A DNA stretch of 64,000 nt, taken from an uncultured Bacteroidales bacterium. GTDB taxonomy: Bacteria > Bacteroidota > Bacteroidia > Bacteroidales > VadinHA17. The DNA is taken from NCBI GenBank assembly GCA_963780735.1, contig CAWADB010000006.1:34106-98105 (forward strand), written 5' to 3'. The translations under genes were made by a program, and so were the position numbers. Of the stretch, positions 56,608-64,000 are shown piece by piece (position 1 is the stretch's first letter; every line of letters begins with the position of its first letter). Under the pieces are notes generated by a model. It was given only the letters and a program-made list of their open reading frames with translations, was not told the origin of the DNA and did not search any database.

Positions 56608-58032
56608 ATGAAAAGAGACAGAATCGCCCTGACAGCATTGTTTATACTTATAACTGCCGGCACTGCAATGTCGCAGAGATCAATTAAAGATATTGAAGGT
56701 CCATGGAGTGGTACCCTTAAGGAAGGCGGCGCTGAGCTGAATATGGTTTTCAGTTTTACCATGACCGAAGCCGATACTGTGAAAGCCACACTTGATGTAC
56801 CCGCCCAGGGTGCGGTTGGCCTTCCGCTCGGCAGAGTCACTTTTAACGATGACACCCTCACTGTTGATGCACCAATGATCAAAGGTCAGTACCGTGGTAC
56901 TTTTTCGGGCGATTCGACTCTTACCGGCACATGGATGCAGCTTGGCAGGAAGTACCCTCTTGATCTGAAGAAAAATGCCGCACCGGTGACATTCAACCGT
57001 CCCCAGGAACCGGTAAAACCGTACCCTTACAGGGAGGAGGAGGTCACATTCAGGAACAGCGTGGAAAATTTTGACCTGGCTGGTACACTCACACTGCCTG
57101 AGGGAGCAGGACCTTTTCCTGCTGTAGTGATGATAACAGGTTCTGGACAGGAGGACCGTAACGAGACTGTCTTTGCCCACAAGCCATTCCTTATTATCGC
57201 CGACTACCTCACCCGAAACGGTATCGCGGTGCTGCGCTATGATGACCGGGGTTTCGGCGGATCGAAGGGGAATGCTACAAATGCCACTTCGCTTTCATTC
57301 GCTGATGATGCAGCTGCCGCAGTGGCATATCTCCTCGGACGGCCGGAGATCAATCCGAAAAAGATCGGTCTTGCAGGGCACAGCGAGGGTGGCCTGATAG
57401 CCCCTATCGTGGCGTCAAAGAATAAAAACATTGCATTCATTGTCTCGCTGGCCGGACCGGGAGTAAGCGGCTATGACATACTTGCAAAGCAGACACGGGA
57501 TGTTCTCATCGCTTCCGGCAGTTCCGAAAAGGAGGTTGAAGAAGCATGGGCAGCAAACAGCAACCTGTTTAAAATAATCATGGCCCAGCCTGACCAGCGT
57601 AAGGCTGCCAAAGAGGCTATGGAGTGGTTCAGCAAAGACCTTGATACCAAGGGTCTGACACCTGATGAACGAAGAGATAAGACCGCAGCGTTCGCACAGG
57701 GAATCGGGCAGGTGAATAATCCATGGATGAGGTACTTCCTCTCAACTGATCCTGCGGTTTTCTGGAAGGAGGTTAAATGCCCGGTGCTGGCTCTCAACGG
57801 TGACAAGGACCTGCAGGTGAACTTTGAGCAGAACCTGCCCGTTATAAAAGCAGCCGTGACGTCAGGTGGCAACAAGAAGATTAAAACTGTGGTAATGCCT
57901 GGTCATAATCACCTGTTCCAGCATTGCACCACCGGCGCCCCTGCTGAATATAGCACCATTGAGGAGACCTTTTCCCCGGAAGCGCTTGACATCATTACGA
58001 AGTGGATTAAAAAGACCGTGAAGATTAAATAG
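56608..58032 (+). CDS. Alpha/beta hydrolase (secreted)
   Basis: The signal peptide starts at the ATG at 56608 (MKRDRIALTALFILITAGTAMSQ). The nucleophile elbow is GHSEGG, and a late HNH segment (PGHNHLF) is present. Confidence 0.75.
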   Translation: MKRDRIALTALFILITAGTAMSQRSIKDIEGPWSGTLKEGGAELNMVFSFTMTEADTVKATLDVPAQGAVGLPLGRVTFNDDTLTVDAPMIKGQYRGTFSGDSTLTGTWMQLGRKYPLDLKKNAAPVTFNRPQEPVKPYPYREEEVTFRNSVENFDLAGTLTLPEGAGPFPAVVMITGSGQEDRNETVFAHKPFLIIADYLTRNGIAVLRYDDRGFGGSKGNATNATSLSFADDAAAAVAYLLGRPEINPKKIGLAGHSEGGLIAPIVASKNKNIAFIVSLAGPGVSGYDILAKQTRDVLIASGSSEKEVEEAWAANSNLFKIIMAQPDQRKAAKEAMEWFSKDLDTKGLTPDERRDKTAAFAQGIGQVNNPWMRYFLSTDPAVFWKEVKCPVLALNGDKDLQVNFEQNLPVIKAAVTSGGNKKIKTVVMPGHNHLFQHCTTGAPAEYSTIEETFSPEALDIITKWIKKTVKIK

Positions 58033-58993
58033 ACTTTAACCTTTGTATGACCTTGCGCCCTGCCGCCTTCATGCCTCCTGAAGCATCATTGATGGCAATC
58101 TGTACAGCGCCGGCAACCTCGTTTATCATATCAGGATAAACTCCGCAGAACGAAGCCAGTATCTCCATACCATAAGCCTTCGGCGCTACAGGCGTGTTGG
58201 CGGAATGCATTATGCCAAGACAGTATTCGATCAGCTTAGCGTGGTGTGACTGCGGTATGCTGCTGATATCACTCTTCATTATCACCCTCATGAACGATCT
58301 CTGGACGCTCTCGTTTGGAACACCGGGCAAAGTATCGATCATAACCGCAAGAAAGGGAGCAAGAACTTCCGTATTCATATCCACCACCTTCGAAAGCGCC
58401 CAGGAAGCCATGAAACCGACCCTCTTCTCCTGGCTTGAAGATAATGTAACCAGCTGTGAAAGGAGGCCCGTGTCGCTGACGGCGGAATGAGCCACCATTG
58501 TAATCTCATACGTGCTTGTTATCCGTTCCAGCATCCTGGCCAGCTCCACTCCTGCTTCGGCCGTGACAACAGTATGTGTTTCATCAGGTTCCCGGCTAAC
58601 AGGTGCATTGTATTGCGAAACATACTGCCGAGCCACAGGGATGTCGGCAGCGGTCATGTCAAGTTTAAGCAGTTCATCAGGTTTCATCCACTTGTATTCA
58701 TCGTGCTCCCTCAGCACCGGCTTCGATGAGAGTGTCTCGCACAGGAAAGGTATCAGCCTTATCTGTTTATCCCCGTAATCATATTCCACACAGTCAAGCC
58801 TGCTGTTGATTATAATGCAAATACCTAGTTCCTCATCAATCTCCCTGATGATGCAATCCTCATGATCCTCCCCTGGTCCGGTCTTTCCTCCCGGAAACTC
58901 CCACTTTCCGGCGTTGTTCATTGCCGGTCCCCGGCGTACTGCCAGCACCAGCCCTTCATCATTGCGTATGAGCGCACAGGTCACATCGATCAT
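58025..58993 (-). CDS. NUDIX hydrolase (MutT-like) fused to a C-terminal helical-repeat (HEAT/AlkD-like) domain
   Basis: Nudix box GKWEFPGGKTGPGEDHEDCIIREIDEELG. The C-terminal ~190 aa are helical and repeat-like (RVGFMASWALSKV...). Confidence 0.7.
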   Translation of the reverse strand: MIDVTCALIRNDEGLVLAVRRGPAMNNAGKWEFPGGKTGPGEDHEDCIIREIDEELGICIIINSRLDCVEYDYGDKQIRLIPFLCETLSSKPVLREHDEYKWMKPDELLKLDMTAADIPVARQYVSQYNAPVSREPDETHTVVTAEAGVELARMLERITSTYEITMVAHSAVSDTGLLSQLVTLSSSQEKRVGFMASWALSKVVDMNTEVLAPFLAVMIDTLPGVPNESVQRSFMRVIMKSDISSIPQSHHAKLIEYCLGIMHSANTPVAPKAYGMEILASFCGVYPDMINEVAGAVQIAINDASGGMKAAGRKVIQRLKSI

Positions 58994-59454
58994 GGTTCTG
59001 TACTTATAACAATCTCATAATCAGGAACATGATCAAGCAACGAAATTGTATTGGCAATTTTGTCGATCTTCCCCGTCCGGTGCATTATACCGTTGGTTAC
59101 CACCACCCACCTGACTCCATAGGTGAAGTTATAATTGATCACCTGGTCAAGGACTGCCTGGGTGAGTTTCACGTCCGGGGCCTTGCATTCGATGACCATG
59201 ACCGGCTGTCCCGTGCGGTCATGAATAAGTATATCCGCTCTTCGCTTCATTGTGTTGAGCGTGAGAGAAGCCTCCACCTGTATCAGTCCTGCCGGGTAGT
59301 GCAGGTGTTCCGTAAGATAATTTACAAAATGCTGTCTGACCCACTCCTCAGGTGTCAGTGCCACATACTTCTGTCTCAGCCGGTCAAAGATGAGTTTTCC
59401 TCCCGGACCCTCTTTAATGCGCAATGAACAAGGCGGCAGTTTCAGTGGTTTCAA
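58990..59454 (-). CDS. HsdR-N-terminal-domain-like (PD-(D/E)xK fold) stand-alone protein
   Basis: E.WVRQHFV..L, RADILIHDRTGQPVMVIECKAP and VLDQVINY are the HSDR_N_2 pattern. It overlaps the start of the NUDIX gene by 4 nt. Confidence 0.65.
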   Translation of the reverse strand: MKPLKLPPCSLRIKEGPGGKLIFDRLRQKYVALTPEEWVRQHFVNYLTEHLHYPAGLIQVEASLTLNTMKRRADILIHDRTGQPVMVIECKAPDVKLTQAVLDQVINYNFTYGVRWVVVTNGIMHRTGKIDKIANTISLLDHVPDYEIVISTEP

Positions 59455-59515
59455 CTTAATTTGTATTTTTGGTAACCGTTAGCACAGCAAATATAAATAA
59501 TCAGCACCGAAGGTC

Positions 59516-60286
59516 ATGAGAACAAAAGAAGATATAGTGAACAACTGGCTGCCCCGGTATACAGGCAAGAATCTCGAAACCTTCGGCAGCTTTATCCTGC
59601 TGACAAACTTCACACATTATGTTGAGCTCTTTGCAGAATGGAACAATGTGCCGGTCGAGGGAAGGGACAAGAACTGTCCCAATGCCACAGCAAACGGCAT
59701 CACCATCATCAACTTCGGCATGGGGAGCCCCAACGCAGCTACCATCATGGACCTCCTCAGTGCAGTACAGCCAAAGGCGGTGCTCTTCCTCGGCAAGTGC
59801 GGAGGTCTCAAGAAAAAGAACAAGCTCGGCGACATGATCCTGCCCATTGCTGCAATCAGGAGTGACGGTACATCCAATGACTACCTGCCCCTGGAGATTC
59901 CTGCCCTGCCTGCCTTCAAGCTGCAGAGCGCTGTCTCGGCGGCAATCACAAGAAATAACCTCGAGTATTATACCGGCACCGTCTATACCACCAACAGGAG
60001 GGTGTGGGAATACGACGACAGGTTCAAGAAATACCTCGTAAAGACCAGGGCCATGGCCATCGATATGGAGACAGCCACCATCTTCACTGTCGGGTTCGCC
60101 AATGAGATACCCACCGGCGCCCTACTTCTCGTCTCTGATCAGCCTATGATTTCAACAGGCATAAAGACGGAGGCCTCCGACCGCAAGGTGACAAGGCAGT
60201 TTACAGAGATACATCTCCGGATAGGCATCGAGGGCCTGACAGAGATAAAAGACAACGGCATATCCGTAAAGCATCTTCGTTTCTGA
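59516..60286 (+). CDS. amn: AMP nucleosidase (short, PNP/UDP_1 fold)
   Basis: 256 aa. Motifs NFGMGSPNAATIMDLL, LFLGKCGGL and AIDMETATIF. Confidence 0.75.
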   Translation: MRTKEDIVNNWLPRYTGKNLETFGSFILLTNFTHYVELFAEWNNVPVEGRDKNCPNATANGITIINFGMGSPNAATIMDLLSAVQPKAVLFLGKCGGLKKKNKLGDMILPIAAIRSDGTSNDYLPLEIPALPAFKLQSAVSAAITRNNLEYYTGTVYTTNRRVWEYDDRFKKYLVKTRAMAIDMETATIFTVGFANEIPTGALLLVSDQPMISTGIKTEASDRKVTRQFTEIHLRIGIEGLTEIKDNGISVKHLRF

Positions 60287-61290
60287 TGGCGACCGACTAT
60301 AAAGAGATAATCAGGGATCTGAAAAACAAGATCTTCAAGCCGGTCTATTTTCTCGCCGGGAAGGAGCCGTATTTTATTGATCTCATAACGGATTTCATTG
60401 AAGACAGCGTTCTGGATGAGTCAGAGAAGGACTTCAACCAGACTGTTCTCTACGGTCTCGATGTCTCGGTGACGCAGGTCATCGAGACCTGCCGTCGCTT
60501 CCCGATGATGTCGAACCAGCAGGTGGTCATTGTGCGCGAGGCTCAGAAGATGAAAAAGATCGATGACCTCCTGGTTTATATCGATAACCCGCTTAATTCG
60601 ACCATCCTGGTCATTGCATACAAATACGATGACCTTGACAAGAGAAAATCGCTCTATAAGTCACTTTTTAAGAAAGGATGGTATTTTGAGTCGAACAAGG
60701 TGCCTGAATACCTTATCCCCGGATGGATAGACAGGTATCTTACTGACAGGGGGATAATGGCCGACACCGATGCATCGCGCCTCCTCTCCGAGTTTCTTGG
60801 CAATGATCTGGGGAAGGTATCCAACGAGCTTGACAAGCTGATCATCTCCCTGCCTGAGAAGAACCCGCGCATAGACACGGCACTGATAGAAAAGAGCATT
60901 GGTATCAGCAAGGATTACACCCCCACCGAACTGTGGAAAGCCATCGTCTACCGTGATCCCCTCAAGGCAGCCAGGGTGGTGAATTATTACGCCGCCCACT
61001 CAAAGAAGGAGGTCATCCCGCTCTTCTCCGTTTTGTTCTCCAACTTCAGCCGTGTTCTGATCTATCACAGCCTGAAAGACAAGACGGACAGCAACGTGGT
61101 GGCAATGCTGAAGACCTATCCCGGTTATGTACGTGATTTCAGGACTGCAGCATCGGTCTATAATGTGGGAGCATGCATGAATATCATCAGCATGATCCGA
61201 ACTTATGATCTTAAGGCGAAAGGGTTTGGCGAAGTGGGCACTGACGAGGGTGACCTTCTGCGTGAGATGGTCTTCAAAATAATGCACTGA
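60286..61290 (+). CDS. holA: DNA polymerase III subunit delta
   Basis: 334 aa. The N-terminus PVYFLAGKEPYFID and the overall HolA-like layout support the call. Confidence 0.8.
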   Translation: MATDYKEIIRDLKNKIFKPVYFLAGKEPYFIDLITDFIEDSVLDESEKDFNQTVLYGLDVSVTQVIETCRRFPMMSNQQVVIVREAQKMKKIDDLLVYIDNPLNSTILVIAYKYDDLDKRKSLYKSLFKKGWYFESNKVPEYLIPGWIDRYLTDRGIMADTDASRLLSEFLGNDLGKVSNELDKLIISLPEKNPRIDTALIEKSIGISKDYTPTELWKAIVYRDPLKAARVVNYYAAHSKKEVIPLFSVLFSNFSRVLIYHSLKDKTDSNVVAMLKTYPGYVRDFRTAASVYNVGACMNIISMIRTYDLKAKGFGEVGTDEGDLLREMVFKIMH

Positions 61291-61297
61291 CAACCGT

Positions 61298-61885
61298 TCA
61301 GTTCATCTCAGGTGATTCGGGGAACTCAGCCCAGATACGGTATTTATTGTTCAGTGAGCGCAGTACATCGCGCCAGATATTGCCGCGGCTCTTCATTATC
61401 ACGTCGCCGGGCACCCTGGCAATGACCCATGAGTTCTCATTCAACTCTTTCCTGAGCTGGCCTTTTTCCCATCCCGAATAACCCAGGAAAAAGCGGACCT
61501 GGTCACGACCGACAGTGCCGGTGGAAATCAGATTACGCAACGCGTCGATCTCTCCTCCCCACCATATTCCCGGAACGACAGGCACGCTGCCGGGAACCTT
61601 CCTTCCAAGGGTATGAAGGTAATGGAGCGTGTCAGGCGCCACAGGGCCCCCGACAGAAAGATGCTCATCCCATCCGTCGAACCCCTCCACGGCACTGCTC
61701 ACCATCAGGTCGATGACACGGTTGAGGATGAAGCCAATCGAACCCTGGGCATTGTGCTCTGTCAGGAAAACTATAGTGCGGTTAAAAAAGCGGTCGGTGA
61801 GAAAGGGCTCTGAAATGAGTACCCTCCCCTTTCCGGGAATTTTATCCTCGGGGTTGATGCTGAATATGTCAGGATAGTCGCCCAT
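61298..61885 (-). CDS. YqgE/AlgH family protein
   Basis: GRVLISEPFLTDRFFNRTIVFLTEHNAQGSIGFILN and GGPV...L..LH match the YqgE/AlgH pattern. I prefer the ATG at 61885. Confidence 0.8.
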   Translation of the reverse strand: MGDYPDIFSINPEDKIPGKGRVLISEPFLTDRFFNRTIVFLTEHNAQGSIGFILNRVIDLMVSSAVEGFDGWDEHLSVGGPVAPDTLHYLHTLGRKVPGSVPVVPGIWWGGEIDALRNLISTGTVGRDQVRFFLGYSGWEKGQLRKELNENSWVIARVPGDVIMKSRGNIWRDVLRSLNNKYRIWAEFPESPEMN

Positions 61886-62001
61886 AGGTCTGATAAGGAC
61901 AGGAAATGTAATGACTTTTCGGGTCAAAATCAAGAAAAAGCTAAAAAATGGGAACAAAGGGGGCCGAACGATGTTAATTTTGCAGATAGAAAGTGACAGT
62001 G

Positions 62002-62229
62002 ATGTTTATAAAACTTCTCATAATTTCAGCCGTTCTGGTTGGTCTTGCGATGGCAGGACTGGCTATCAGCATTCTCGTGAAACCCAGGGGGCGTTTTCCT
62101 GATACACACATAAGCCACAACAAGGCTATGAGGGACAGGGGTATCAGGTGTGCCCAGGATACAGACCTGGGGTGCAAACCCGGTGAAGGTGCCGGCGGCT
62201 GTGCCGCGTGCTCAATGAATAACGATTAA
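62002..62229 (+). CDS. Small membrane protein with a four-Cys C-terminal tail
   Basis: MFIKLLIISAVLVGLAMAGLAISILVK forms one TM helix. It is followed by ...RGIRCAQDTDLGCKPGEGAGGCAACS. I prefer the ATG at 62002 to the GTG at 61993. It converges on apbE with a 4-nt overlap. Confidence 0.55.
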   Translation: MFIKLLIISAVLVGLAMAGLAISILVKPRGRFPDTHISHNKAMRDRGIRCAQDTDLGCKPGEGAGGCAACSMNND

Positions 62230-63231
62230 CGCTCCTCTATCCTTTTCCTTAGTCCTTCTGAAATCCAGCTCTGCATTTCTCCCTTTTCATCGGAAAAGAT
62301 CAGGTATCCTTCCAGGAAGTCATATTTTTCAATGAAGGTTATCGCCGTGTCCTTCCCGGCAACCATGCATGCAGTGGCCCAGGCATCTGCCACTGTACAT
62401 TCCGGGGCGACAATGGTGGCACTGAGAAGTGTATGCCTTGCCGGGTAGCCTGTCCGTGGATCAATTGTATGCGAATACTTGATGCCGTTATCAATGTAGA
62501 ACTTACGGTAGTTGCCTGATGTGGCAAGGGCGTTATTATCAATCCTTACTGCTGCCTGCAGCTCGGCGCCGGGGACAAAATTGCCATCTTCAGGTCTGTC
62601 GATGCCCACATGCCATCCTTTGCCATCCTTGTCTCCTGCGGTGCGTACCTCGCCTCCCACTTCCACGAGACAATCCTTAATGCCTTCCCTGGCCAGCATG
62701 TCAATGATAAGATCGACCGTGTAACCCTGGGCGATCGCGTTGACGTCAATATACATATCAGGATCAGCCTTGACAATGCGGTCGCCCTCGAGCCTGACCT
62801 TATCCATGCCCACAAGGGCCATCAGTGAGTCAAGCTTTGTCTCATCAAACCTTCTGAGGGCGTCAGGACCGAATCCCCATGCTTTCACCAGCGGCCCCAC
62901 TGTGATGTCAAAAAGGCCGTTGCACTGTTCTGATATCAGCGCCGAAGCTCTGAACACCTCACGGAACAGGGTGTCGGTCTTATCGCTTATATTACTGTTA
63001 ATGAGAGATATAACAGAAGAGTCGTTGTATATTGAAAGCGAGTTGTCGACCTCGCTCAGCAGGGTTTCAATCTTCAGACGGAGATCACCGCTGTTCATTC
63101 CCGGGAGTGGCTTCTACAACAATATGATAGGTAGTGCCCTGGGTCAGGCCGTTGATTTCGGCGTACTCCACAGTCGACCTGCATCCTGGCAGAAGAAAGA
63201 CAAATATTAAAAATATTATTGTTCTTTTCAT
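62226..63231 (-). pseudogene. apbE: FAD:protein FMN transferase ApbE, N-terminal lipoprotein signal separated by a single-base frameshift (or a sequencing error)
   Basis: The 290-aa ORF (62226-63098) carries ApbE motifs (FDITVGPLV, AIAQGY, ALATSGNY). A 49-codon ORF from the ATG at 63231 encodes MKRTIIFLIFVFLLPGC...GLTQGTTYHIVVEATPG. Deleting one base in TCCCGGG (63099-63105) joins the two frames. Confidence 0.8.
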
Positions 63232-63273
63232 ATTTACAGACCACCCCAAATCTCACATTTTGTTATTCTTCAC

Positions 63274-63312
63274 TACTGCCTACTGCCTACTGCCTATTGC
63301 CTGTTGCCTGCT
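63274..63312. repeat. Heptanucleotide tandem repeat (TACTGCC x3, TATTGCC, TGTTGCC, TGCT)
   Basis: Read directly. It begins 4 nt from the nqrF stop codon and lies upstream of apbE. Confidence 0.85.
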
Positions 63313-63315
63313 CAA

Positions 63316-64000
63316 TCATCCCCCGAAATCGTCAAACGCGATATTCTCATTGGGGACACCGAGATTATCAAGCATTTTCATCACGGCGGCGTTCATCACC
63401 GGAGGACCGCAGAGATAATATTCGATCTCCTCAGGTTCCTCGTGTTTGCTCAGGTAATTGTCAAACAGTACCTTGTGTATGAAGCCCGTTGATCCCTTCC
63501 AGTTATCCTCAGGCAGAGGCTCGGACAATGCTATGTTAAACTTGAAGTTGGGGAATTTCTTTTCGAGCGCCCGGAACTCATCCTCATAGAATATTTCTCT
63601 CTTCGACCTCGCACCGTACCAGTATGATATCTTACGCCCTGACTTTTCGGTCTTGAGCAGATGGAAGATGTGCGATCTCAGTGGAGCCATGCCGGCACCG
63701 CCACCCACATATACCATCTCGTTTTCGGTATGCTTTATATGGAACTCGCCGTAAGGCCCGCTTATAGAAACCTTGTCTCCGGGCTTGCGTGAGAATATAT
63801 ATGTAGAGCAGATCCCCGGAGGGACATTCATAAACTGTTTCTTCGCATTGTCCCATGGTGGGGTGGCAATACGTATATTCAATATTATGAGGTTCTTTTC
63901 CGCCGGGTAATTAGCCATGGAATAAGCCCTGTAAGTCTCTTCGGTATTCTTCAGCTTCAGGTCCCACATCCTGAACTTGTCCCAGTCAGACCGATACTCC
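63316..64000 (-). CDS. nqrF: Na+-translocating NADH:quinone oxidoreductase subunit F (C-terminal part; 5' end outside the window)
   Basis: FAD/NAD-binding domain motifs [21 protein letters not shown] and YLCGPPVM. The frame stays open to the window edge. Confidence 0.85.
   Translation of the reverse strand, partial: EYRSDWDKFRMWDLKLKNTEETYRAYSMANYPAEKNLIILNIRIATPPWDNAKKQFMNVPPGICSTYIFSRKPGDKVSISGPYGEFHIKHTENEMVYVGGGAGMAPLRSHIFHLLKTEKSGRKISYWYGARSKREIFYEDEFRALEKKFPNFKFNIALSEPLPEDNWKGSTGFIHKVLFDNYLSKHEEPEEIEYYLCGPPVMNAAVMKMLDNLGVPNENIAFDDFGG

Noticed and set aside
58990-59454. HsdR-N-like protein as evidence of a type I restriction-modification system
   Set aside because: No HsdM, HsdS or HsdR helicase/nuclease body is present in the window. 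This stand-alone domain is widespread outside R-M loci.
1-64000. Search for a defence island, toxin-antitoxin pair, phage or conjugative genes, retron/DGR-type reverse transcriptase, or biosynthetic cluster
   Set aside because: Every ORF above about 100 aa could be assigned to housekeeping, envelope, transport or regulatory families, or to plain hypothetical secreted proteins. The only mobile-DNA signatures are the ssrA-adjacent repeats and the IS21-like fragment.

Overview
This window reads as a chromosomal segment of a Bacteroidota genome. Supporting marks are a 287-aa RpoD-type sigma factor, TAnnTTTG '-7' promoter motifs, a tmRNA tag GENNYALAA, a DUF4199 protein, and a Rho with a very long Q-rich insertion. 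About 60 genes are tightly packed and mostly housekeeping. In order they are: a TonB C-terminus, a LuxC-like acyl-CoA reductase, miaA, rpe, rpoD, rho, nifJ (pyruvate:ferredoxin oxidoreductase, PFOR), ruvX, def, comEC, trkA, tsaC, SRP RNA, two glycosyltransferases, a GH9 hydrolase, tmRNA, eno, a cation/proton antiporter, an L,D-transpeptidase, cysH-cysD-cysN, murB/murA, a peptidoglycan-turnover pair (amidase plus a GHL10-NamZ fusion), glpD, a porin-pstSCAB-phoU-phoB/R phosphate locus, selD-yedF, a NUDIX fusion, amn, holA, and apbE/nqrF. I found no CRISPR array, rRNA, tRNA, recognisable defence system, toxin-antitoxin pair or biosynthetic cluster. The only clearly accessory DNA lies directly 3' of ssrA (about 22.8-26.0 kb). 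An exact 15-bp copy of the tmRNA 3' end recurs 3.2 kb downstream. Between the copies lie a degenerate third copy, a 2.7-kb module bounded by ~70-bp imperfect inverted repeats, and an IS21-like transposase remnant. The module carries ion-transport cargo (a CDF transporter and a bestrophin-like membrane protein) but no transposase or integrase. Other points worth a second look: tandem coding repeats in the Rho disordered insert; a candidate Pho box with 11-bp phasing; single-base frameshifts splitting murB and apbE; a small Cys-rich membrane protein beside apbE/nqrF; and recurring 7-9 nt tandem repeats at gene ends. All calls rest on reading the sequence and on recalled family motifs; no database search was run.
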